Source of the DNA: an uncultured Candidatus Peribacteria bacterium
GTDB lineage: Bacteria > Patescibacteriota > Gracilibacteria > UBA1369 > LOWO2-01-FULL-3
Length of the DNA: 64,000 bases
Reading direction: 5' to 3'
Assembly (NCBI GenBank): GCA_964383675.1
Contig: CAYLHX010000002.1
Location: 8,505-72,504, forward strand
The notes under the pieces were generated by a model. It was not told the origin of the DNA and did no database searches. It saw nothing but the letters and a program-made list of their open reading frames with translations. The translations under genes and the position numbers were made by a program. Positions 26,192 to 34,224 of this stretch are shown in pieces (within the stretch, counting starts at the first letter, position 1; every line of letters begins with the position of its first letter).

Positions 26192-27224
26192 TTTCTTTAG
26201 GAATATTTTCCAGTGCTCTTTCTTCGGTAATTAGACCGGCATTAAGCAGGTCGGTTATAGACTTTTTCATCGTCTGCATGCCCTCTTTGGTGGAAGTTTC
26301 AATGACGGAATTAATCTGGTGTGTAGCCGATTTTCGGATGATATTGGCGATAGCATTGTTGGCGAACATTATCTCAAAGGCGGCAATGCGCCCTTTTTCG
26401 TCTTTGGTTTTAACCAGTGTTTGCCAGAAAACCGCCCTCAAACTTTCAGAGAGCTGTGCACGAACTTGGTTTTGCTGTTCGTGCGGGAAAGAGTCGATGA
26501 TGCGGTTAATCGAATTGGCACAACCACGGGTGTGGAGAGTCGCAAAGACCAAGTGCCCGGTTTCCGCGGCGGTGATGGCTTGCTGCATAGTTTCAAGGTC
26601 ACGCATTTCTCCCAGTAGTATGATGTCCGGTGCTTCACGTAGCGAACTGCGTAGGGCTTTTTGGAAGCTGTGGGTATGGGTTCCCACCTCTCTTTGTTGA
26701 ATTAAACATTGATTGTTTTTGTGGACATACTCGATCGGATCTTCAATGGTTACGATATGTTTTTTCTGATTGCGATTGATCTCGTTGATCATGGCGGCCA
26801 GGGTTGTGGTTTTACCGCAGCCGGTAGGACCTGTTACGATCACCAGACCATCTTTGAAACCGGTGGCTTTTTTAAGCTGAGCCGGGAGGTTTAATTCGTC
26901 CAGGGATTTGACCGATTCGGGAATAAGGCGCAGCGCCGCTGAAATACCTTTTCTCTGAACAAACATGTTAATTCTGAAACGGGCGATTGTCTCTATATCG
27001 ATAGAGAAATCCAGATCCAGATTTTGCTCGAAACGTTGTTTTTGAACCGGATTGAGAAATTCCAAAAGGTATTCCTCGGCCATTTTTTTGGTGAGTTCAG
27101 GGTGTTCTTCGATAGGTACCAGATCACCGTTAATTCTCAGTATTGGCTTACTTCCTGTTGAGATATAGATATCGGAAGCATTGTACTGAACCGCTGTTCT
27201 GAGTATTTTCGATAATTTAATCAT
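26181..27224 (-). CDS. pilT: Type IV pilus retraction ATPase PilT
   Basis: Walker A GPTGCGKTT, Walker B and Asp box (HIVTIEDPIEY), His box (GHLVFATLHT) and a PilT-type N-terminus (ASDIYIS). The listed ORF begins at TTG 27281. ATG 27224 (MIKLSKIL) gives a typical ~347-aa PilT. Confidence 0.85.
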   Translation of the reverse strand: MIKLSKILRTAVQYNASDIYISTGSKPILRINGDLVPIEEHPELTKKMAEEYLLEFLNPVQKQRFEQNLDLDFSIDIETIARFRINMFVQRKGISAALRLIPESVKSLDELNLPAQLKKATGFKDGLVIVTGPTGCGKTTTLAAMINEINRNQKKHIVTIEDPIEYVHKNNQCLIQQREVGTHTHSFQKALRSSLREAPDIILLGEMRDLETMQQAITAAETGHLVFATLHTRGCANSINRIIDSFPHEQQNQVRAQLSESLRAVFWQTLVKTKDEKGRIAAFEIMFANNAIANIIRKSATHQINSVIETSTKEGMQTMKKSITDLLNAGLITEERALENIPKEIEG

Positions 27225-27321
27225 TTTGTTTTTTGTTTTCCCTTTATTATAACATTTTTGGCCATTTCGAACAAGAGGCAAATGGCCTATTTGCCATAGT
27301 TTGAGGTTCTAATAGAGGCGC

Positions 27322-28137
27322 TTATCTTGCCAGTTTTTCGTCTGGGGGATTTTCTGTTTCTTCCTCAGCGGAGTTAGAAGGCTCTTCCGTAGCTTCGCTT
27401 TCGGAAGTGTCGGTGGAATCTACGTTGTAAATGTCTTTTAGTTCGCTTACCGTCTCTTCCAACTCTTCAATTTCAGCGGAATTGGATTCTTCTTCAGTCT
27501 CTTCCGTGGTCTCTTCGGTAGTCTCTTCTGGTGCGCTTTCTTCTTCAGCCGGTTCTTCTGAAGTTTCGGAATTACTTTCTTCTATATTGGTCTCATCTGG
27601 GATTTCCGTATTTTCGTTATCTGTTGCCGGTGAATTGAAGAAAAAGAAGTAGGCTAGAGCTCCGAGAATGAGTACCGCAACGATAATTACACCAATGATT
27701 AGATATTTTCTGTTCATTGGCGCTTTGTTTTGATCGGTTATCTCGGTTGCGGCTTCGTTAAGTTGTTCTTCAAGCTGTTTGTCCAGCTCGTTATGGTTTG
27801 GAGTAGCTTCAGAAGTTAACTCAATTGGATGAGGTTCGGTTGGTTTTTGTTCCGGAGATGGTTGTGGGGTTGACGGTGGGGTGACTGGTGGTGCGACTGG
27901 TGCAGCAGGCTCTGCCGGAGTGGCAGGAGGGATTGCGGGCGCTGGCGGTTCCGGAGTGGCTGAGGGGTCCGGTGGTGGTGTGCTTTGTCCACCGTTGCCG
28001 GTGTTAAGCGGATGCTGGTCCATAGATACCGGAGTTCCGGGTTGTTGGTATTGCCCGTTTGGCGCAGCTTTATTTGCTGAATCGTCAGTGTTTAATTGAA
28101 ACACATAGTTGTCATTTGGATTGTTTTCGTCGGCCAT
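27322..28137 (-). CDS. Hypothetical bitopic membrane protein: Pro-rich N-terminal half, single TM, E/T/S-rich acidic C-terminal tail
   Basis: The sequence reads PPPDPSATPEPPAPAIPPATPAEPAAPVAPPVTPPSTPQPSP, then TM YLIIGVIIVAVLILGALAYFFFF, then EETTEETTEETEEE. No recognisable domain. Confidence 0.5.
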   Translation of the reverse strand: MADENNPNDNYVFQLNTDDSANKAAPNGQYQQPGTPVSMDQHPLNTGNGGQSTPPPDPSATPEPPAPAIPPATPAEPAAPVAPPVTPPSTPQPSPEQKPTEPHPIELTSEATPNHNELDKQLEEQLNEAATEITDQNKAPMNRKYLIIGVIIVAVLILGALAYFFFFNSPATDNENTEIPDETNIEESNSETSEEPAEEESAPEETTEETTEETEEESNSAEIEELEETVSELKDIYNVDSTDTSESEATEEPSNSAEEETENPPDEKLAR

Positions 28138-28151
28138 TTTAAGAGGTTAGA

Positions 28152-28709
28152 TTATTCCAACTCCATTTCATCATCCTCGGATTTGGGGATGATATGTTCA
28201 ATTGCTCCCCATTCACTATCCTCAAGTTCCGGAATTACCAAGGTAACTTTATCACCAACTTCTCCTTTAAAATAGGTGACTGAAGCTAAAAGAACTTTAT
28301 AGGCTTTGCCGCTGGCGATTACCTTATATTGGCCGTCTTCATAAGTAAGAGTTCCAAGAATTCGCTTTCTTTCAGTGGGGCCGATTTGTTTGTAAACAAA
28401 AGAGCCATCTGGGGTGATGGTTAATTTAAGCACGTCTCCCGGCACAAGTTTTGATTTGCTGGCATAGTTTGCCGGTACAGGATATTCTTTGCCGCCTTTG
28501 TCGGACATTTTTTCGCCGTCAAAAACACCTTCAACTATTGTATCGTCTCCTTCTTTGGTTGTGTCGTCCAGTTCGGCTGCTATTTTAGTATAGACGCTTT
28601 TCGAAGAGGATCCGGTGAGCTCATTGATAATCTGCTTGGCCGATCTCAAATTCGATTCAGCTGATTCAAGCATTTCTTTTACCAGGGCAAGTTTGGAAGC
28701 TTGTGACAT
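28152..28709 (-). CDS. Hypothetical protein (N-terminal helix plus beta-rich C-terminal domain)
   Basis: Clean 185-aa ORF in the minus-strand operon. No motif I recognise. Confidence 0.45.
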   Translation of the reverse strand: MSQASKLALVKEMLESAESNLRSAKQIINELTGSSSKSVYTKIAAELDDTTKEGDDTIVEGVFDGEKMSDKGGKEYPVPANYASKSKLVPGDVLKLTITPDGSFVYKQIGPTERKRILGTLTYEDGQYKVIASGKAYKVLLASVTYFKGEVGDKVTLVIPELEDSEWGAIEHIIPKSEDDEMELE

Positions 28710-28743
28710 TTTGTTTTTCTTTTAATTTTTTGATGTTGGCATA

Positions 28744-28772
28744 ATTATAGCAAAAAATTGAAGTTTCTACAA
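28744..28772 (-). promoter_or_regulatory. Sigma70-like promoter candidate (TTGTAG-17 nt-TATAAT) on the minus strand
   Basis: The reverse complement reads ttgtag aaacttcaattttttgc tataat. It lies in the 64-bp gap upstream of the 28709 start. Confidence 0.4.
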
Positions 28773-28773
28773 T

Positions 28774-29133
28774 TCAGCTATCTTGACTTTTTTCCTTAAT
28801 TATTGTTTGGAAGAATGCGCGACGGATGATACCGAGGTTGGAGAAAATACGGAAGGTGAAAACTACGGTAGCTGCCAGATAAAGGTCCAGACCCAGTTTT
28901 TCTCCCAAGTAGGTAATGCCTATGGCTAAAAGAATATTAAAAATCAGACCGGTTGAAAAAAGGACCGGATCGTAATCTTCCTTGGTGACTTCGGCCTTGA
29001 TACCGCCGAAAAGCGAGTCTAGGATCCCGACGATGATTACCGCTGTGTATTTGATGTATTCAATTGGAATGGTGTAGCTAGTGTTTAAGCCCACAATTAT
29101 ACCGATCAAAATTCCAACTACTGCCCAAATCAT
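28774..29133 (-). CDS. sbp: Small basic protein (DUF1290 / Sbp family)
   Basis: Pattern VGILIGIIVGLN...IPIEYIKYTAVIIVGILDSLFGGIKA...GLDLYLAATVVFTFRIFSNLGIIRR matches the DUF1290 proteins found next to divIB/ftsQ in Firmicutes. Confidence 0.7.
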   Translation of the reverse strand: MIWAVVGILIGIIVGLNTSYTIPIEYIKYTAVIIVGILDSLFGGIKAEVTKEDYDPVLFSTGLIFNILLAIGITYLGEKLGLDLYLAATVVFTFRIFSNLGIIRRAFFQTIIKEKSQDS

Positions 29134-29143
29134 AAAAAGTGCT

Positions 29144-30013
29144 TTATTTACGTTTGTATATTATCTTATCTCCACTGCCTCCTGCAATTCTAAGATCGAT
29201 ATAGGCCAGAGGATCATTGTAGATGTCCAGTTTTACGATCGCTTTTTTAAGTTTTTTAAGCTGTTCTTCGTAGGGTCTTTGAATATCTATCCAAATGTAA
29301 AAATCTTTTTCAGTTAGTAGATGGATTTCGCGAGGTATTTTTCTATAGTCTACCTCTACTACCCTCATTCCGAACTTATCTTCAAAATAACTAACCGTTT
29401 CCAGGATGTATTGCAGCTTGGTACCCTCAATAACTGGATTTTCGGTATTGACGGGCTCTTCGGATTTGATGCGAATGTAGGGGAGGCTGGTATTTTCCAG
29501 ATTTTCTTTGATGGCGTAGCCGATTGAATTGATTATGTAGCTCTTTTTTATATTTTTACTTTCGCTGATAACATTGGCAACCAAAGGATACTCACTGAAT
29601 TCGATAACAATTTCGTTGGGATAATTTTTACTGGTGGTAACTTGCTCGAGCTCCGGAAAAGCTTCTTTGATTTTGAGATCGAGATCCGTTGGATTGATGA
29701 AGAGTAGATTTTGTCCGATTTGATCTGCTATTTTGGCCTTCACCTCTTCTCCCAAACCTTGATTGTCAATATTTTCATCGCTGATGCTTATTCTTTCAAT
29801 AAGGAAGTATTGGGAAAAAAATATCAGATAGATTACCAAAATAATGGCAAAACCGAACAGGCATAAAATGGTTAGTTTTTTAACCCTGTTTAAGAAAGGA
29901 TGAGATTTTTTAAGAAGCTTTTTGCCGTATTTCTTCGGTAATTTCTTGGTGTATAGTGGACTTTTACCATAGGAATATCTGTATTTTGGCAGTTTGCTTT
30001 TTTTTCTAAACAT
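29144..30013 (-). CDS. ftsQ: Cell division protein FtsQ/DivIB-like (POTRA domain)
   Basis: Basic cytoplasmic N-terminus, single TM (LTILCLFGFAIILVIYLIFF), then a POTRA-like segment (FLIERISISDEN...). Sits next to sbp. Confidence 0.6.
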   Translation of the reverse strand: MFRKKSKLPKYRYSYGKSPLYTKKLPKKYGKKLLKKSHPFLNRVKKLTILCLFGFAIILVIYLIFFSQYFLIERISISDENIDNQGLGEEVKAKIADQIGQNLLFINPTDLDLKIKEAFPELEQVTTSKNYPNEIVIEFSEYPLVANVISESKNIKKSYIINSIGYAIKENLENTSLPYIRIKSEEPVNTENPVIEGTKLQYILETVSYFEDKFGMRVVEVDYRKIPREIHLLTEKDFYIWIDIQRPYEEQLKKLKKAIVKLDIYNDPLAYIDLRIAGGSGDKIIYKRK

Positions 30014-30053
30014 TTTTGTCTAAGATTGAGCTGACTTAAATATACATAATTAT

Positions 30054-31301
30054 ATGGATTTTGAAAGTGCGCTTGAATATTTGGATTCTTTTGTTTCTTT
30101 TGAAAATAAAAGCAGTTTTAACTACAGTGAACAGAACTTTGATTTGGGCCGCTTAAAAGCGATCCTTGATGATTTGGATTTGGACTACTCAAAACTCAAA
30201 TTTATTCATGTCGGAGGTTCGAAGGGCAAAGGGACGACCTGTAATGTGGTGGCACAATATCTAAAAGCTCGCGGTTACTCGACCGGTCTATTTACTTCAC
30301 CTCATCTTACTTCTGTAACGGAGAGGATTAAGGTTAACGATCAGCCTATTTTGCCGCAGGATTTTGCGGCCCAAATGAGCAGATTAAAAGAGTTTTTTGA
30401 TAAATCCTCCTGGAAAGTCACCTATTTTGAGCTGCTTTTTATTCTGGCGCTGATGTGTTTTTTTGAAAGAAAGGTGGATTTTGTGGTGCTTGAGGTGGGC
30501 TTGGGAGGGCGGTTGGATGCTACGAATATTGTTTTTCCTTTGGTTTCGGCGCTTACATCGGTGGAGAAGGAGCATGCGGCTATCTTGGGCAACAGTATAG
30601 AAGCAATTTTGCAGGAGAAATTAGGCATAAGAAAGCCTGAGACACCTTTTGTTATTGGCGAGCAAGGTCAAGAGGTTTATAAATTGATACGGGAAAAAGT
30701 GGGGGATGATAACTTGGTGTTTTTTGTTCAAGATTTGTTACCGGGGCAGATGTTTCTGGATGAGATGCCTGTGCTGGACCCGGCGCTTATGGCTAATGCC
30801 AAATTGGCGCTTATGATTTTGAAGTTTGTTTTGAAAGATCAAAAATATGGTTTCGACTTGCAGTTGTTTTTAGAGGTTCTTCGGGGTTTTCAGTTGCCCG
30901 GGCGCTTTGATGTGCGTGAAAAGGCCGGCAAGACCATTGTTTTGGATGTGGCTCACACTGTTAAAAGTGTGGAAAATTTGTTTTGTGTATTGCGGGAGAA
31001 GTTTCCGGAGAGGCAGATAGTTGTCTTGATGTCTATTATGAAAGACAAAGAGGTGGAGGATATTCTTAATTTGATTACCCAAAATGCAAAAAAGGTTGTT
31101 TTTGCGACGACTCATCCGGAGAGGAGTGTTTCGGAGATAGATTTTAAGGCAACCGGGACCAAATACTATGCTGACTTCGGCTTTAAGTCGGATTGTGTTG
31201 TGGCCTTTGAAGAATTGTTGTTTGAGTTAAAAGAAAATGAGATCCTGCTGGTGCTGTGCTCTCATTTTTTGGTTGGGAAAATTTTGGAAAAGTTCTTTTA
31301 A
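30054..31301 (+). CDS. folC: Folylpolyglutamate synthase / dihydrofolate synthase (Mur ligase family)
   Basis: P-loop HVGGSKGKGTT, followed by FTSPHL and EVGLGGRLDATN. Confidence 0.85.
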   Translation: MDFESALEYLDSFVSFENKSSFNYSEQNFDLGRLKAILDDLDLDYSKLKFIHVGGSKGKGTTCNVVAQYLKARGYSTGLFTSPHLTSVTERIKVNDQPILPQDFAAQMSRLKEFFDKSSWKVTYFELLFILALMCFFERKVDFVVLEVGLGGRLDATNIVFPLVSALTSVEKEHAAILGNSIEAILQEKLGIRKPETPFVIGEQGQEVYKLIREKVGDDNLVFFVQDLLPGQMFLDEMPVLDPALMANAKLALMILKFVLKDQKYGFDLQLFLEVLRGFQLPGRFDVREKAGKTIVLDVAHTVKSVENLFCVLREKFPERQIVVLMSIMKDKEVEDILNLITQNAKKVVFATTHPERSVSEIDFKATGTKYYADFGFKSDCVVAFEELLFELKENEILLVLCSHFLVGKILEKFF

Positions 31302-31432
31302 TCTTTTGAAACCGGTTTTAAAGCGGCCTTTCTTTCATTGGCTTTTGCTTTGTTTCTTCTTTTCCTTAGTTTGCTTTTTGGGCGTCCTCGTCCCACAAGT
31401 CCGTGTTGTTTGCTGGCGTGTTTGTTGGTCAT
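31298..31432 (-). CDS. Candidate 44-aa highly basic small protein (below the ORF-track length cut-off)
   Basis: An ATG at 31432 to a TAA at 31298-31300 encodes MTNKHASKQHGLVGRGRPKSKLRKRRNKAKANERKAALKPVSKD. It lies 48 nt downstream of queF on the same strand, and its stop overlaps the folC stop region. No family recognised. Confidence 0.3.
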   Translation of the reverse strand: MTNKHASKQHGLVGRGRPKSKLRKRRNKAKANERKAALKPVSKD

Positions 31433-31480
31433 TTTAAATTTGATTAGGTAAGTCGCGCAGAATTATTATAGAAATTGACT

Positions 31481-31933
31481 TTATTTGCAAGTGCATTCTT
31501 CTTTTGAGGGGTAATACTTGTTGCAAATAGTTTTTACGTTACCGCGCACATTCATGTCAATTTCTATGCTGGCCTTCTTGGGTTTTATCGACTCCAGGAA
31601 ATCCTGAAAGATCACCTCGGTTACTGTTTCATGGAATATTTTCAGGTTCCTGAAGGCGTTGATGTAGAGCTTGAAGGACTTTAGCTCCAAGCACTTTTTG
31701 TCCGGAACATAATTTATGGTCACCTTCCCGAAGTCGGGCCAGTCGGAAAAGGGGCAAATTGCCGTGAATTCCGGGCTTGAAATTGAGATCCAGTGTTCAC
31801 CCGGGCCTTGCTCTTGAAACTTGAAAGATTCCAGAGGGGCTACCTTTTTAAGTTCCGCGCGTATTTTTTCGGCGTTGGTTTCGCTATAATCGCTTCCTTC
31901 CTGGTATGACCTGAATGTTGTTGCTTTGGACAT
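31481..31933 (-). CDS. queF: NADPH-dependent 7-cyano-7-deazaguanine reductase
   Basis: Type I QueF pattern FTAICPFSDWPDFGKVTINYVPDKKCLELKSFKLYINAFRN. Confidence 0.85.
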   Translation of the reverse strand: MSKATTFRSYQEGSDYSETNAEKIRAELKKVAPLESFKFQEQGPGEHWISISSPEFTAICPFSDWPDFGKVTINYVPDKKCLELKSFKLYINAFRNLKIFHETVTEVIFQDFLESIKPKKASIEIDMNVRGNVKTICNKYYPSKEECTCK

Positions 31934-32608
31934 CTAGCTTCTGTATTTAAGTGGGTCTTTGATTTTGGCTTCCTTGAAGCCTTTTAATCTTAATTTGCAA
32001 GCCGGGCACTTGCCACAGGCCGGGCGCTCTCCTTTATAGCAGGTGTGAGAGTGTTTGAGAAGCTCTAATTGTTGAAGTTCTTGCATGAAATTAACGGTTT
32101 CACTTTTGGTGAGCCACATCAATGGTGTGTGAATTTTGAAATCTTCCTCCATAGCTAAATTGAGCGTTTGGTTCAGTGACTTGATGAAATTGTCACGGCA
32201 GTCCGGGTAGCCGCTATAATCGGTTTGGCAGACGCCGGTGATAATATCCTTTATTTTTAGCTGTTTGGCGTAGATAGCGGCTACTGAGAGAAAAACCAGG
32301 TTTCTACCAGGCACGAAGGTGCTTGGGAGGGAGTTCTTTTTTGTGGTTATTTGAACGGTGCTATCTGTTAGAGCATTCTTGGTCAGCTCTTGAAAGAGTT
32401 TGAGCTTTTGGATTTTTAAAGGCACTTTGGTGAGTGAGGCAATTTTTTTAGCTGCGGCAAGTTCTTTTTTGTGTCTTTGACCATAGTCGAAAGTGATGGC
32501 GTAGACTTTGCGGAAGTTGGCGAGGGTCCACGCGAGGCAGGTGGTGGAATCCTGACCGCCGGAGAATACTACGAGAGCCGCTTTTGTCGTCTTTGTTGTT
32601 TTGTTCAT
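31934..32608 (-). CDS. queC: 7-cyano-7-deazaguanine synthase
   Basis: PP-loop VVFSGGQDSTTC and the C-terminal Cys cluster CGKCPACKLR. Confidence 0.9.
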   Translation of the reverse strand: MNKTTKTTKAALVVFSGGQDSTTCLAWTLANFRKVYAITFDYGQRHKKELAAAKKIASLTKVPLKIQKLKLFQELTKNALTDSTVQITTKKNSLPSTFVPGRNLVFLSVAAIYAKQLKIKDIITGVCQTDYSGYPDCRDNFIKSLNQTLNLAMEEDFKIHTPLMWLTKSETVNFMQELQQLELLKHSHTCYKGERPACGKCPACKLRLKGFKEAKIKDPLKYRS

Positions 32609-32617
32609 CTCTTTAAG

Positions 32618-33250
32618 TTAGGTCTTTCTTTTGTTGCCCCATAAGTTGATGTGCAGACGTGGCGTAAAACGAAAATTTTCCTCTTTGCAAAGTTCCGCCA
32701 GCCAGAGGGATCTTAAGGCTACTTCTCGTTTTTTTATACCCTGTGGCATTAAAAACACTTTTTCACGCTCTATTTTATGTTTTTTTATGAATGCTTTGAT
32801 CTCAATTAAATCTTTTTTGCTGTCCACTACGAATTTGTAATAGGTTTTCTCTTTCGGCAACTGAGTTAATCTGATTGAGCGATTTTGGGAATTACTCAGC
32901 TTGGGTGAACAGTTAAAGTGATTAATATATTCGTTAATATGTGATTCCAGGCTGCCGCTGGTTTCCACTTCAATATAGTAGCCTTTCAGCTCTTTAAAGA
33001 GTTTTATCAGCTCGCCTTGTTGGATGAGCGGTTCACCACCGGTGATGACCAGATTTTTGGAGGGAAATTTTTTAATTTCTTTGATAATATCTTTGATTTC
33101 CATTTTTTTTCCGGATTTCAGATCCCAAGTATATTTGGTATCACACCAGGTACAGCGTAGATGGCAGCCGCTGAGTCGCAAAAATATTGAAGGTTTTCCC
33201 AAATTTATACCCTCTCCCTGAATGCTATAAAAAATCTCGGAAACTTGCAT
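32618..33250 (-). CDS. queE: 7-carboxy-7-deazaguanine synthase (radical SAM)
   Basis: EIFYSIQGEG plus the radical-SAM cluster CHLRCTWCDT. Confidence 0.85.
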   Translation of the reverse strand: MQVSEIFYSIQGEGINLGKPSIFLRLSGCHLRCTWCDTKYTWDLKSGKKMEIKDIIKEIKKFPSKNLVITGGEPLIQQGELIKLFKELKGYYIEVETSGSLESHINEYINHFNCSPKLSNSQNRSIRLTQLPKEKTYYKFVVDSKKDLIEIKAFIKKHKIEREKVFLMPQGIKKREVALRSLWLAELCKEENFRFTPRLHINLWGNKRKT

Positions 33251-33321
33251 TTTTCTTTTAAATAAGCGGAAGGATCATAGCATAGTTGCAGATTTTGTTA
33301 AGTGTATTACAATATGAACAT

Positions 33322-34224
33322 ATGAAAAGACTAATTTTGTTTTTCACTTCCTTGTTTATTTTTTCCGCCTGCGGTGTAAATCTTGGCATGACACCGCAGA
33401 AAGTTGAGATTTTTGAGGTTAAATTGACCGGGGAGGAGAGTTACAATTTCTTTTATCCAACCGGCGCTAAGGTGGTCATAGAAGGGGAGGATTCGTCGCA
33501 GGGGGTGGTGAATTTCGCCGATGGTTGCGTTGTTAGTTTTGGTAATCAGGAAAAGAGAAAAGCTGATTTTAGTTTTTCAGAGGAGGAGATGGACAATGTT
33601 GAAAAGAAAAATGCCGCGGAGGTTGTTTATGAAGCGTGGTATCGGGAGGAGAGACTTGTTATGTATGTCGCTTACGAGGAGGCTTTGAATTTTGGCTTTT
33701 GGACTGTGGATGAAGAGGCTGATGTGGGAGCCTGTAGTGCTTGGGTGGATTATTTGATGGACACTTTTACCGATGAGTCATTTTACGTCAGCGATAGGTT
33801 TTATTTTTCGGTTCCCTTAAAGGAGGACTATAAAGTGGAGTTTTTACCTGATGATCAGGGGGTTGTGTTGCGGAAGTGGTATGAACAGAATCCTGAGGCC
33901 GATGCTGAATTACGCGATGTTGATTATGATGAGGGACTTGGTGGCTATAAGGTGGAGATAATCGTGGTGGGTAGAGATAATTTTGAGGATTTCGAAGATG
34001 TTATCGCCCTGGTTCAGCAAAAGTATCCCGGATATTCGGTAGAATTCAGTGGTGCCGGAGTTTTTATTGATGAAGGGGGAGTAGGTACGGCAATTCGTCA
34101 CTACTTCTTTATGAGTGCGGACAAAGATATTGTTTATGAAGCGTACTTAACTGTCCCCAGTTTTTATTACAGTAGGCATAAGGAAGGCTTTGATGAATGG
34201 GTGAAAACTATTGAGATTTTTTAA
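33322..34224 (+). CDS. Hypothetical lipoprotein
   Basis: MKRLILFFTSLFIFSACG has a signal peptide with a lipobox (FSAC). The listed ORF starts at an upstream TTG (33286). No domain recognised. Confidence 0.55.
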   Translation: MKRLILFFTSLFIFSACGVNLGMTPQKVEIFEVKLTGEESYNFFYPTGAKVVIEGEDSSQGVVNFADGCVVSFGNQEKRKADFSFSEEEMDNVEKKNAAEVVYEAWYREERLVMYVAYEEALNFGFWTVDEEADVGACSAWVDYLMDTFTDESFYVSDRFYFSVPLKEDYKVEFLPDDQGVVLRKWYEQNPEADAELRDVDYDEGLGGYKVEIIVVGRDNFEDFEDVIALVQQKYPGYSVEFSGAGVFIDEGGVGTAIRHYFFMSADKDIVYEAYLTVPSFYYSRHKEGFDEWVKTIEIF

